Assembly: GCA_043228905.1 (NCBI GenBank)
Contig: JBHGNT010000003.1
Span: 13,392,001 to 13,456,000 of the forward strand
Length of the DNA: 64,000 nucleotides
DNA from: Azolla caroliniana
Lineage: Eukaryota; Plantae; Polypodiophyta
Direction of reading: 5' to 3'
Part shown: positions 11,354 to 24,711 of the stretch, in pieces
How positions within the stretch are numbered: position 1 is the first letter of the stretch
Layout of the letters: each line of letters opens with the position of its first letter
Notes under the pieces: model-generated
Told to the model about the DNA's origin: nothing
The model's database searches: none
The model's input: the letters and a program-made list of their open reading frames with translations, nothing else
Position numbers and translations under genes: made by a program

Positions 11354-11458
11354 CGTGATAAATATCTTGATATATTATTTTATTTATTTATATGTAATTA
11401 AATCGGTTATATTATTTTTACTTTTTCACGTAGTGTACGAAATACACTACGACAGCGG

Positions 11459-12265
11459 TGAGGGAGTTTGGACGAAGCAACAACAAGAAGAGAGACAACA
11501 CAACAAGCTATTGAGCGAGTGGTCGAAAGAGTCGGCCGTTTCAACCGGGACAAAGTCCAATTCTACTTGGAGGCCTACAACGCAAAAATGGAGGAGCAAG
11601 ACGTAGACGAGGCGTTGAGGTTGGAGTTCTTCTGTCGGGTTGTCGTTGTCCGTATGCATGCGGAAGTGAAGGAGATCCGAGAAGCTCATAGTTCGTGGGA
11701 GGCCTTCGAAGAGGCGCTCCTCTAGGCATATGGAGGACGACAGAAGAGCTGGGGACGACGCGACTTCGACCAGTGGGTGGCATCGACGAAGACCCACCAG
11801 GGCGCAACGAAGGTGTTCTGAGAGTTTGAGCGACGGCTTGCTCAGCTCCCGGAGCGGGAGCAAGGTTTGGTGGGGGCGGACAAAGTCCTGTTGTTCGTTA
11901 GGTCAATCGACCGAGTAGAACGGAAGGCCATCGGGATTGAGCTCGAAGATGAGGACAGAGTGAATGGCCTTACGGAGGATTGGCTGAAGGTCGGAAGGGT
12001 ATGCCAACGGCTAGATGACGAGCGAGCCGCGAAGCCTAGGAGGAAGGCGCGCGACGGCACGCCGTCACAACGGGAAGAGGTCGAACGACAAAGAGAGTCG
12101 GCAAGGCTCGGCTTTGGGTCTAGGATTGCGGAGGCATATGCAGCTCTCGAGGCAATGCTCGAGGAAGAGGAAAGATCGAGGCCGCAAGCTAACGCCAAGG
12201 AGACGGACTTGCCCCACAAGATGGCAGAAGATCGGTACGACGGTACCAATGGAGAGGGTGCATAA
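11459..12265 (+). pseudogene. gag: Element F gag remnant (starts at ATG 8048, interrupted by D)
   Basis: QAIERVVERVGRFN..WEAFEEALL*, DKVLLFVRSID..GLTEDW; stops and frameshifts. Confidence 0.85.
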
Positions 12266-14275
12266 CAAAACACCCTCTCGGCTTGCAGAGATAGAACAGC
12301 CAAGGACAAGGCCGAGATACCGATCGCAGAATTGGAACGTTGGGACCGGCGGTTTCGGGCATGTCAGCCCGAAACTCCGGATGTTGGAGAGGCAAGCCCA
12401 AGTAGGGCTTGTGCGATTGGGAAGAAGTCGGCCACCGACCACAAGGAGTCGGCGGCTACATCCAAGGGCGTAAATAGGACGGGCAATTCTACGCGTCTTC
12501 CCACACTTGCTCCCGAGACGATGGCAGTCGGGCCCGAGTGCCCAAGTGAGTCCCAAGAGGAGGAAGGCGGTGGCGTGAGACCGAGAATCGCACCGATTCC
12601 GGAGAACTCGGCATTTGGGCCCTTACGCCCACGTGAGACCGAGGAGATGGATGACGGTATCGAGGAATCCTGGCATGATGCCAACGAAGATGGATGGGAA
12701 ATGGCCCGTAGGACGGTCGACGGAGGAACCGGAACACAACCTGAACGGGGACCGAACCACGCGGCATTCCGATTCGGGTGGAGCACGATCCGGTCGTGGA
12801 TTGTTCGACCGAGGTCAAAATCGGCATGAAGGTGTCGATACAGAAGAGGGTGCGGAACGAGCCACCCTCTTTTACATGGGGAGAAAGACCGACTGGGCGA
12901 AGGTCGGGAATCAAAAGGAAGGTGATCAAGGGTTCAAAATGAGTCCTCCAGGATCAACATCAGAGCCGAAACTCTGGACATTGGAGAATCAAGCCCAGGC
13001 GAGGCTTGGTTGATCACAGAGTGGATGCTATCCAACGACACTACTAAAAGGGTCGGTGGCCCCGGATGAGTCGTCGGGAATCATTACGAAATTGGAGCCC
13101 CACATCTTGACCGGAGACTTCGGTAGTTCAAGCCAACATGGCAATGTGAGACCGAAAGAGACGAGAGATGGTGGGGAAGCGCAAGAAAGGGGATCAACGG
13201 CGACGAGGAGAAACGGAAGGGGCGGTTGACCGAAGTATGGGTCCTCCACACTCGTTCCCGAGACTTAGGAGTTTGCGTCCGAGAACCAACGGAAGACCTA
13301 AGAGACGGAAAGTGGTGGCGAGGACACTGAGCTCACGGCCAATACAACCGATCCGGAAAGAGGAGGAACAAAGAACAGTCCTATGGGTCACCTCACACCG
13401 GGCTAGAGACTCCGGCAGTCGACATCGTATCCGACGTAAGACCAAGATACTGACGGTGGCGGTAGGAGAATGAGACCCGGCAATCCAGAGAATGACGGAC
13501 GGACCCGGGCGGAGCGGACTTCCGGATAACCGATCCGGAAGAGAGGAGAGAGCAGGCCTATGAAGAGGCCGGGGGACACGGTTTGTCGGTACCATGGGAG
13601 AGGGTGTGGAGTGAGCCACCCTCTCAACTTGCGGAGAAAGGCGACCTGAGATAAGGGTCCGAGATACGAAGAGCCCAAGGAGGATCCTTCACACCGGTTC
13701 CAGAGACTCCGACGGTCGGCCCGAGAGCTGGCTTGAGACCTAAAGTGACGAACGGTGGTGGTGAGGGGACGAAGGCAAAGGACGGCAGAAGGGGTGGTCC
13801 CACGGAGATCCTCACACTGATCCGGTGGTCGGCCCGAGTGCCGGCGTGAGTCCTATAGGAGAGATCGATGGCGGTAGGTGAACGTGATCGGATGACGAAG
13901 GCAGAGCAGCAAGGAGGTATCGGGCCGACGAGGCGGTCACAAACCAAAACCGGACCTTCCGGCAAGGTCGATGGAAGGAAAGAGGGGAAGAAGAAAGGGA
14001 AAACCGGTCCTATGGGATCCTCACACCAATTCGGAGACACCGACAGTTCGAGCCGACATGGCAACGTGAGACCGAGTGAGAAGGGTGGTGGCGGTAGGAA
14101 ACGGGAACTGGCGATGTGGGAGATGCGGATGGGCAGTCCTAAGGGATCCTCAGACTGATCCGGAGACATCGGCAGTTCAAGCCGACGTGGCAACATGAGA
14201 CCGAGTGAGAAGGATGGTGGCTGCAGGAACGAGAATTGGCAACACGAAAGATCGGATCGGGAGCCGATAAGACGG

Positions 14276-15554
14276 TGTCGTGTGAATCTTCACACACTAT
14301 GTAAAAAAAATAATGAAATAATTATTATAGATTAGATTAGTAGAGTATTATAGAAAGATGGATATACTCAAGAGCTTCAAAACGTTTTTTACTATATAAA
14401 AAATGGAGAAATACATATCAAGTTATGAGAAAATAAAGTTTGAGAAGATAGGGAAATTAGAACTATCCCACATAGATAGGAAAGTTAAGGCCCTGGCTAT
14501 ATAAACACCATGAGCTCCCTCATTTGTCATTTGTGCTAAGAGCACTTTGGCCACTTTGTCTTGATGGATGATGGTGGCCAAATTCCCTAAAACCGGAAAC
14601 CAGTCGGTAAGCAAATCTGGAAAACGGGGCCGATAAGCAAATCCGGAAACCGGCTGGTATGCAATCCGGAAACCGGCCGGTATGTAATCCGGAACCGGCC
14701 GGCAAGCAAACCAGAACCGAAACGGGTATGCAAACCGGAAATTGGCCGGCAAGCAAAACCGGAAACTGGCCGGCAAACAAAACCGGAAACTGGCCGGCAA
14801 ACAAAACCGGAAACTGGCTGATAAGCAAAACCGGAACCGAAACCGGCAAGCAAACCGGAAACCGGCCGGCAAGCAAAACCGGAATCTGGCCGGTAAGGAA
14901 AACCGGAACCGGAACCGACCGGCAAGCAAAATGGAACCGGCTACCGGACGAGGTTGGACGCGGACGGACGAAAGATTGGATCATGCAACAAACTAAAGTA
15001 AAGGTCAAGTGGACGGTCGCATGCAACTAAAGAAAAAGCCATGCAACTAAAAATAGATTCAATGAAAAGAAAAGCTATGCAACTAAAAGTGGAGGCATAT
15101 GATCAATGAGGAACTCCATATATAATTCCATTTTTTTTCCTATACTAGCATACTCTCCATATTATCTTAATTTTCTTCTCAACTCCCTTATCTTAGGGAA
15201 GCCATAACTCTCATAAACCCTAAAATTCCCTACGGAAGCCATAACACTCAAAAACCCTAATCTTCCCTACGGAAGCCATAATACTCATATAATCTAATCC
15301 TAATCTTCCCTACGGAAGCCATATCTCTCAAAACCCCTAATTTTTCTTTTCTATTAATCTTAGTAAACCTAAAACTTCTAAATCCCAATCTTGGGACATA
15401 TTGTAATTTCTTTTTCCTTTGTTAATGAAAATTATTAAATTTCTTCTTTCTGTTAATTGTTAAAAATATAAACGCACACATGTGATTATCCTCTGGTCGG
15501 AGGCCCCGGGGTCTTGCCTCAAAGTTCACGTATCCTCGTCGTATTTTCGCGACA
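14276..15554 (+). mobile_element. Solo LTR (1279 bp) of a Phygy-like family
   Basis: TGTCGTG..CGCGACA ends; 4-bp TSD ACGG (14272-14275, 15555-15558); internal ~24-bp repeats (14590-14950) and CTTCCCTACGGAAGCCATA repeats (15195-15325). Confidence 0.88.
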
Positions 15555-16728
15555 ACGGGAGCCGGCAAGACCGGAGTTGACAAGGGCGAAACCCTTACCG
15601 GCCAATTACGGGTTCGGAAGGAAGCCAATAAAGGGTGAGCGAGGAGCGGTGTGCCAAGCCGGATGGGCACACCCAGGAATGGATTGAGAGACGTGCATGT
15701 GGTCATTAAGGGCCGGTTTGAAGCACGAGTACGACACGATGTTCGGCACGGGCGGTGCCCAACAAGGACGACGGAAGACGGCACACAACGCCGCCGGGAA
15801 CAAGGTAACGGGCATGCAACAGACTACATGGGTCAGAGATCAGCAATGATATCACGGGCCGGAGAAGGATCCTCCACACCCGCTTCGGAGATCTCGGCGG
15901 CTCATCCGGAGTGGCAACAACTGGCGTGACAAGACAAGCCTGAGATGATAAGTTGGTGGGGGCGAGGGGACGACGGCAAGCAGAAGGCTCCAGACCGGTC
16001 GCAACAGCGCGAGATGAAAGGGAGCCAACCGGGCTACTACTAGGTGATCCTCGGGCACGGAGGATACCATCATGCGAAACGACGTCAATGGATGATCTAG
16101 CCGGGCAAGGGCCGACGACGCATGCATGGGAAGTAATCGGAGTTCGGCACGAGCGGTGCCAAACAACGAGGAGGGGATGCGTGGCACACGGAGGTGCCAG
16201 AGCGGGTGTACATGCGCGAAGGATGGTTGCCGGTTCAGGTGATCTCGCGTAGAAGGCCGGAGAGGGATCCTCCACATTGGGTCCCGAGACCTTGGTAGTT
16301 CGAGCCAACGTGGCAACGTACGACCAAGGAGAAGGAAGGTGGCGACGAGGGGATGAAGGTGACGGACGACAAGGGACATCAACCAACACGATGCGAAGGT
16401 CTACGAAGGCTAAGACGAACATCATGGGTGCTCCTCGGACGAAGAACACCGCATAATCCGGAGGAATGGGAAGCATGTAGGCGATCGAGAGAAGGACCAA
16501 CAAGGGAGCACGCGCGTAGGAGGGGTCATGACAAGGATCTATCGATGGGTCAAACGAGCCTACGGAGAGGCGAGCGCGAGGAGGAACTGGAGCCGACGGT
16601 TCGGACTGGCAAGGCCGACGCAGTAGCCGGAGGGCGGATTACGGGAGACTGGTTCCACACCTGTCGGAATCTTTCACCTTCCCCGAATTTGGCACATGCC
16701 GGTGGATGGGCGGTTTGGTGGGGGCGGA

Positions 16729-17192
16729 TGTCGTGAAGATTCCCGGCTATAGTGTGAAACTGGGGTGGAATAGGGCAAGTCGGTGGTGTGCAAACCTGTG
16801 CACATGTATAGTAGGAAACAATGTATAGAATAAGGGGGAGTATTTGTCCCACATTGTAACGCCCTCCCCTCCTTGGTCTATAAAAGGAGGGAGGGGTCCC
16901 TTGTTGAGGGGTTGCCCATTTTGAGTTAGGAAGGGTATACCGTTAGATTTAGGCAGTTTCCCTTATTCGTACTTCGTTCTAGGGTTTCATCTAGGTAGTT
17001 TCTTTTCTTCTTCTTCGTCGTTGTGTTGGTGGAGAGTTTGTGTCTGTTTAGGCTTGGCAGTAGACTATTGTTGTAGCCTACCTTACCTTGGTCCGGCTCG
17101 AAGCCGGGGTTGTGTCTTTCCCCTTGTAATATATATACTCATATCTGTTTGTGCATATTGGTGTATTTGGTGGTGTCGGGAGCATAGCCCCT
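16729..17192 (+). repeat. Element F 3' LTR, left part (right part 26953-27139)
   Basis: Matches 7318-7840; interrupted at CCCCT by element G. Confidence 0.92.
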
Positions 17193-17941
17193 CAATAGGA
17201 ACTACACGCTCCCTTTGAAGAACGCTCGGCCACAACCGAGCCTAGAATAAAACACAGAAAACAGGGAATGGAACACAACACGATAGAGAGAAGAGTACAC
17301 AGGATGTTTACGTGGAAGACCCAAACTCGGGAAAAACCACGACAGCCCACAGACCGCAAACTATCACTATGTCAGAATGTACAATAAGAAAGCACCGAGG
17401 CCACGACCTCGAGCTTGCTATCTTCGCCACAAGCGGCGGTTACAATCAGAGGCAACGACCTCTTCCTCTCTCTCACTCTCTCTGTACACAGTTGTGTGCT
17501 CTAATCTTGCGCCAACAAGAATGAAAACTACTCTATTCATAAGTTTGCCCTAAGTCATATTTATACTAATATGACTTTTTGGCTATTTACAAATATAGCC
17601 ACGATGGACTCTCAGAAACATATTTACAAATATGTCTCTTCATCCGGTTCTCACCGGGTTTGCACCATCCGGCTCTCCGTAGCTGGGTACTCGTCATCCG
17701 GTTCTCACCGGGTCTGCACCATCCGTCTCTCCGTAGCCAGGTACTCGTCATCCGGTTCTCACCGGGTTTGCACCATCCAACTCTCCGTAGCCGGGTACTC
17801 GTCATCTGGTTCTCACCGGGTCTACACCATCTGGCTCTCCGTAGCTGGGTACTCGTCATCCGGTTTCGGCCGAGTTTGCTCATCAGTACTATTCTTCTCA
17901 CTTCCCATCCGGAGGGACCTATTTCCTAACAAACTCCCCCT

Positions 17942-19238
17942 TCACTCCGGCATGGGATGTCTTACTAGTTCGACCCGCTTCCGAAATGCATCCAACTTGT
18001 CGGGTATCAATATTTTGGTCAGCATATCTGACCCGTTCTCGGCCGTGTGTATCTTCGTCAGCGCGAACTCCTGGTCATCTACTCTTTCTCGGATCCAGTG
18101 ATACCTTTGCTGGATATGCTTCGTCCGGGAATGGTAGGCCGCATTCTTAGCAAGGTGGATGGCACTTTGACTGTCGCAATAGAGCCGATATTCATCTTGC
18201 CAGATACCGAGCTCTCCGATGAAGTCCTTCATCTATAGTATTTCCTTGCCGGCTTCCACAGTCGCCTTGTACTCCGCCTCCGTGGTTGACAACGCAACCG
18301 TCTTCTGCAGCCTTGATTGCCACGAAACAGCTCCCCCTGCATATGTCATTACATACCCGGATGTAGACCGGCTGGTATCCACATCAGCCGACATGTCCGA
18401 ATCGGTAAAACCGTCAAGTTGAGGTTTTCCGGAGCCGAATCGGAGACACATATTCGAAGTGCCCTTCAAGTACCGAAGTATCCATTTGACCGCGTTCCAG
18501 TGCTCCTTGCCGGGATTGCTCATAAACCGGCTCACCACTCCGACTGCATAGCCTATATCCGGTCGGGTACACACCATTGCGTACATCAAGCTCCCGACGG
18601 CAGAGGCATATGGAACCTTCATCATATCAGCCTTCTCTACTTTTGTCTTCGGGCTTTGCTTACCGGATAATCTGCAGTTTGCCGGGGGTGTCGATCCGAC
18701 CGGTTTCGCATCTATCATGTTGAACCGGTGAAGCACCTTTGTCACGTACTTCTCCTGTGACAACCACAATTGCGTCACTGACCGATTCTGGATAATATGC
18801 ATCCCCAACATCTGTCTTGCCGGACCCAAGTCTTTCATTGAGAAGGTCCGGTTGAGAGCCTTCTTCAGCATCCGTATTTTGGCTTGGTCCCGTCCGACGA
18901 TCAACATGTCGTCCATGTACAGAAGGAGTATCAGGAAGTCGCCTCCTTCGAACTTCTTCACAAACACGCAGTGATCGGCCTGCGTCTTGTGGTACCCTTG
19001 ATCGGTCATGAAGGAGTCGAACTTCCGGTACCATTGCCGAGGGGCCTGCTTCAACCCGTAGAGGCTCTTCTTCAACCGGCAAACCAGGTGCTCCTTCCCT
19101 TTCTCCACGAATCCTTCCGGTTGCTGCATGTAGATCTCCTCTTCGAGGTCGCCGTGAAGGAATGCTGTCTTCACGTCCAATTGCTCTACCTCGAGGCCCA
19201 TGCTTGCCGCTATACTCAGCACCGTCCGGATGGAGGTC
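17942..19238 (-). pseudogene. pol: Element G RT/RNase H
   Basis: QLDVKTAFLHG, LKKSLYGLKQAPR, LLYMDDML, GFTDSD, YCDSQSAIHL; one stop at 18233. Confidence 0.93.
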
Positions 19239-19501
19239 TGTTGAACACAGTGCTCGGCCACAAGCGAGGAATAGGATCAACTCGCAGAAAACAGGAAATA
19301 CAAAATGCACGAAGACAGTAGAGAGAAGAGTACACAGGATGTTTTACGTGGAAAACCCTAAATGGGAAAAACCACGGGAGTCCTCAAACTCCAACTATCA
19401 CTATAAACAGAGATGTACAATGGTGAAGCTACAAGGCAACAACCTTGAGCTCACTGTCTTCGCCACAGGCGGCGGTAATACACAGAGGCAACGACCTCTT
19501 C

Positions 19502-19538
<37 letters not shown>

Positions 19539-22500
19539 CTGCTCACTTAGCTCCCTCTAAGTGGAAAATCAAAAAAATGAGTAACAGCACACAAAACTGT
19601 TTGCCCTAAGTCATATTTATACACATATGACTTTCGGGATATTTACAAATATAGCCTCAAGGGCCCTTGGCAAACATATTCACAAATATGTCCCCGCATC
19701 CGGATCTCTCTCCGGGTTCATTCGTCATCCGGCTCCGTAGCCGGGGTCTTCATCATCCGGCTCCGTAGCCGGGGTCTTCATCATCCGGATCCGGAACCGG
19801 GTCTTCATCATCCGGATCCGGAAACGGGTCTTCATCATCCGGATTCCCGGACATCCGACCATCCCATCCGGAGGGACCGTAATCCCAACAAACTCCCCCT
19901 TCACTTCGGCATGGGATGTCTCTCCAATCCGATCCTCTTCCGGCATGCTTCCAGCTTGTCGGGTGTGAGCACCTTGGTCAGCATATCTGACCCGTTCTCG
20001 TTCGTGTGGATCTTCGTCAGCACGAACTCCTTGTCTTCTATCCTTTCCCGGATCCAGTGATATCTTCGCTGGATGTGCTTCGTCCGGGAGTGATAGGTCG
20101 CGTTCTTCGCAAGGTGGATGGCACTCTGACTGTCGCAGTAGAGTCGGTAGTCCTCCTGCCGGATACCGAGCTCTCTAATGAAGTCCTTCATCCATATTAT
20201 TTCCTTGCCGGCTTCAACAGCCGCCATGTACTCCGCCTCCGTGGTTGACAACGCAACCGTCTTCTGCAGCCTCGACTGCCACGAAACAGCTCCCCCTGCA
20301 TACGTCATCACATACCCTGATGTGGACCGGCTGGTATCTGCATCAGCCGACATATCCGAATCGGTAAAGCCGTCGAGTTCGGGCTTACCGGAGCCGAATC
20401 GGAGGCACACGTTTGCCGTGCCCTTCAGGTATCGGAGTATCCACTTGGCCGCGTTCAAGTGCTCTTTGCCGGGATTGCTCATGTACCGGCTCACCACTCC
20501 GACTGCATATCCTATGTCCGGTCTTGTACACACCATTGCGTACATCAAGCTTCCGACGGCAGAGGCATATGGTACTTTCATCATGTCCTCCTTCTCAGCC
20601 TTTGTCTTGGGGCTTTGCTTGCTGGACAACTTGCAGTTTGCCGGGAGGGTCGATCCGACCGGTCTTGCTTCCGACATGTTGAACCGTTGAAGCACCTTTG
20701 TCACGTACTTCTCCTGTGACAGCCACAACTGCTTCTTCCTCCGGTCCCGGATGATGTGCATCCCTAGTATTTGCCTCGCCGGACCCAGGTCCTTCATTGA
20801 GAAGGTTCGGTGAAGCGCTTTCTTCAGCATCCGTATCTTGACCTGGTCCCGTCCGACGATCAACATGTCGTCCACGTACAGGAGGAGTATTAGAAAGTCT
20901 CCTCCTTCGAACTTCTTCACAAACACGCAGTGATTGGACTGCGTTTTGTGGTACCCTTCGTCGGTCATGAAAGAGTCAAACTTCCGGTACCATTGCCGGG
21001 GGGGAGCCTGCTTCAGTCCCTAAAGGCTCTTCTTCAACCGGCATACCAGGTGCTCCTTCCCTTTCTTCTCGAATCCTTCCGGTTGCTACATGTAGATCTC
21101 TTCTTCGAGGTCACCGTGAAGGAATGCCGTCATCACGTCCATCTGTTCTACCTCGAGGTCCATGCTTGCCGCTATGCTCAGCACCGTCCGGATGGAGGTC
21201 ATCTTCACTACCGGGGCAAATATTTCGTCGAAGTCGACGCCCTTCTTCTGTTGGAACCCCTTCACCACGATCCTGGCTTTGTATCTCAGGGGGTTTCCGG
21301 CATCTCCCGGTTTCAGCTTGAACACCCACTTGTTTCAAAGTGCCCGCTTTCCTTTCGGCAACTCCACAAGTTCATATGTGTGGTTCTCATGCAGGGAATC
21401 CATCTCCTCCTGCATGGCACTTAACCACCTGCGGCTATGGGTGTCAAGCTTTGCTTCTTCAAAACTCTCCGGCTCCCCCTCGTCGGTTAGCAGCACGTGC
21501 TCTGGTTCCGGAAATCTCCGGGGGGCCCTTCTCTCTCTGAGAGGATATCTCCGTTCCGGAGCTTCGGTAACCGGCTCCTCCGTTTCCTCTTCATCCGAAT
21601 CCATTTCGGGATCGGGGCCGGTTCCGGTATCAGTTTCATCTTCCTCGGCCGGTTCTGTTTCTTCACCGTCTTCGGCCGGATCCTCGAGTGCTAACCGGTC
21701 CCTTGCCGGTCGGGACTGCTCCTCGTAGAGTTGATTCTCACCGGTCGACTTAGAGCTCTTCATCTTCTTCTCCGACTCCCAGTCGGCGAGTGTCTTGTCC
21801 TCCATGATATCTCGACTCCTGAATATCTTCTTGTCGACCGGGTCCCATACTCGGTAGCCGAACTCGTCGTCGCCGTAACCGAGGAATATGCATGGCCGGG
21901 TCTTTGGATCTAACTTTCCTCTCCGGTCCTTTGCCACGTGCACGTATGCGAGACACCCGAACACCTTCAGATGCCGGTAGGATACTTCCCTACTGGTCCA
22001 CACTCTCTGCGGCGTGTCTCCGTCCAAAGGTACTGAGGGTGATCTGTTTATCACGTATGTCGCCGTCGACATTGCCTCAGCCCAAAACCCCTTGGGTAAT
22101 TTCGCATGCGCCAGCATACTCCGGACCCTCTCCATTATGGTCCGGTTCATCCTCTCGGCCAGCCCGTTCAGTTCCGGCGTCTTCGGCACAGTAAACTCGA
22201 GCCGGATTCCCTTCGAGCGACAGTACTCCGCGAACTGCCCCCGGTATTCCCCTCCGTTATCCGCTCGTATCGCTTTCAGCTTCTTGCCGGATTCTCTTTC
22301 CACTCTCGCGTGAAGTTCTTTGAAGACGGACAATACTTGGTCCTTTGTCTTCAACGGTGCCGTCCACAGCTTCCGGCTGTGGTCATCAATGAATGTCACG
22401 AAGTACTGGGCTCCGCCATGTGACTTCGTTTCTACTTGACACACGTCAGTGTGCACCAACTCCAATGGTGCGCTACGTCTCGTCGGTGGCCTTGAGTGGA

Positions 22501-24265
22501 AGGAGGTCCGGTTTTGCTTACCGGCCAGACAGTCGGTACACTTCCCCAAGTGTACATGCTTTACCGGTATCAGGTTGTCTTCGGCAAGCCTCTTCATCCC
22601 CTTCTCGCTCATGTGGCACAGTCTCTTGTGCCATAGCTCACCGGCAGTGTCAGCTGCCACGTTCAGCTCCTCCGGACATAGCCGGGAATTCATCAGGTAC
22701 AGTGTGTTGATCTTCCGGGCCCGAGCCACTATCAGGCTCCCTTTGCTGAACTTCATGACACCGTTCCGGATGCTACCCGTGTAGCCTTCATCGTCTAGCC
22801 TCCCGGCCGAAATCAGGTTCAATCGAACCTCCGGAACGTGTCGAACATCCTTCAGCAACATCTTGCATCCGGTTGATGTCATCAGCCACACGTCTCCTAT
22901 GCCGGCAATCCGGCATGTACCTTCATTTCCCATCCGGACACAGCCGTGCTCACCGGCTGTGTAGGATGAGAAGTATTTCTTCTCCGGGGTCAGGTGGAAC
23001 GATGCTCCGGAATCGACCACCCAGGTCATCTCTTCACCGGCAAGGTTCAGCTCCCTCTCTTCGGTAATGAGCATTATCTCTTCTTCACTTGCCGCGAGTG
23101 CCGTCGTTCCTTTCCGGTCCTGCCCTCGCCGATCCGGACCTCTCCGGTCCGTGGCTCCCCGGTATGCACCGTTTCGCTCCGGTGACTTCTTCGAATCGGT
23201 GTCGTCGGCTCCGTTGTCTTTTCGGTAATGCCGACAATTCTTCCGGAAGTGCCCCGGCTTCCCACAGTGGAAGCATGTGGGCCTTCCTCTTGACTGCGAC
23301 CGGGTCCCCGACTTCTCCCGTCTTTGCGGACTCCGGTTCCGTTGTCTTCCCCGTTCCGATTCGGTAAGCAGCGCCTTCGAGTCGGAGGCCGGTTCTTTAT
23401 CTCTCCGACGCGCTTCTTCGTTCAAAATACTTGTCTTTACCGTTTGTAGGGACAAGTTATCTTCGGTGCAGGAGGTGCTGAGAGTCACCACCAAGTTCTC
23501 CCAGCTTTCCGGCAATGTACACATCAGGATGATGGCTTGCATTGCATCCTCCAACGGGAACTTGATCGCCGCAAGCTGGTTCACGAATCCCATGAACGTG
23601 CTTACGTGTTCCACCATACTCTCGCCGTCCCGGTACTTGAGGTTCACTATCTTCCTCATCAGGGAGGTCCGGTTCAACGCATTCTTCCTCTCGTAGAGGC
23701 CCGACAGCTTCCGCCACATCTCATATGCGTTGGTGTCGTTCGCCACATGTTGTAGAACGCTCACGTCGACGTATTGCCGAATGGTTGCAACGGCTTTCCG
23801 GTTTAGAAGCCTCCATTCCGTCTCAAGTACCCCCTTGGGTATTTCCGACCTGTCGATCGGTTCATACAGGTCCCGAACAATGAGCAGATCCTCCATCTTT
23901 ATCTTCCAGTCGGCGTAGTTCTGCGCATTCAGCACCATCATCCCCGGCTGCCCGCTGCCGCCGCCTTCCATTTTCTGCACTGCCGTTGCTCTGATACCAC
24001 TTTGTTGAACACAGTGCTCGGCCACAAGCGAGGAATAGGATCAACTCGCAGAAAACAGGAAATACAAAATGCACGAAGACAGTAGAGAGAAGAGTACACA
24101 GGATGTTTTACGTGGAAAACCCTAAATGGGAAAAACCACGGGAGTCCTCAAACTCCAACTATCACTATAAACAGAGATGTACAATGGTGAAGCTACAAGG
24201 CAACAACCTTGAGCTCACTGTCTTCGCCACAGGCGGCGGTAATACACAGAGGCAACGACCTCTTC

Positions 24266-24300
<35 letters not shown>

Positions 24301-24706
24301 CTGCTCACTTAGCTCCCTCTAAGTGGAAAATCAGAAAAATGAGTAACAGCACACAAAACTGTTTGCCCTAAGTCATATTTATACACATATGACTTTCGGG
24401 ATATTTACAAATATAGCCTCAAGGGCCCTTGGCAAACATATTCACAAATATGTCCCCGCATCCGGATCTCTCTCCGGGTTCATTCGTCATCCGGCTCCGT
24501 AGCCGGGGTCTTCATCATCCGGCTCCGTAGCCGGGTCTTCATCATCCGGCTCCGTAGCCGGGTCTTCATCATCCGGCTCCGTAGCCGGGGTCTTCATCAT
24601 CCGGATCCGGAACCGGGTCTTCATCATCCGGATCCGGAAACGGGTCTTCATCATCCGGATTCCCGGACATCCGACCATCCCATCCGGAGGGACCGTAATC
24701 CCAACA
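19239..24706 (-). mobile_element. Element H: full-length Tork/TAR-like Ty1/Copia, recent
   Basis: TSD AGGTC (19234-19238, 24707-24711); near-identical LTRs 19239-19890 and 24003-24706 (differ mainly by two 26-bp repeat units); PBS TGGTATCAGAGC 23988-23999; PPT 19891-19903. Confidence 0.97.
19901..23971 (-). pseudogene. gag-pol: Element H gag-pol polyprotein (two premature stops, one frameshift)
   Basis: CFHCGKPGHFRKNC knuckle, WVVDSGASFH protease, HTDV..ADNGGEY..NGLAER integrase, LLYVDDML RT; stops at 21335 and 21086; frameshift in a G-run at ~21000. Confidence 0.95.
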
Positions 24707-24711
24707 AGGTC

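Larger units (their letters stand above)
8093..11454 (-). mobile_element. Element D: recent 3.36-kb gag-only (TR-GAG-like) tRNA-Trp-primed LTR element
   Basis: Two 789-bp LTRs (8093-8881, 10666-11454), only one difference noticed; TSD GCGG (8089-8092, 11455-11458); PBS 10644-10661; PPT GGAGGGGGCGAG (minus) at 8882-8893. Confidence 0.96.

Noticed and set aside
12265-16716. Many overlapping 100-265-aa ORFs inside element F and antisense to the pol genes
   Set aside because: GC-rich, low-complexity or shadow ORFs with no recognisable domain.
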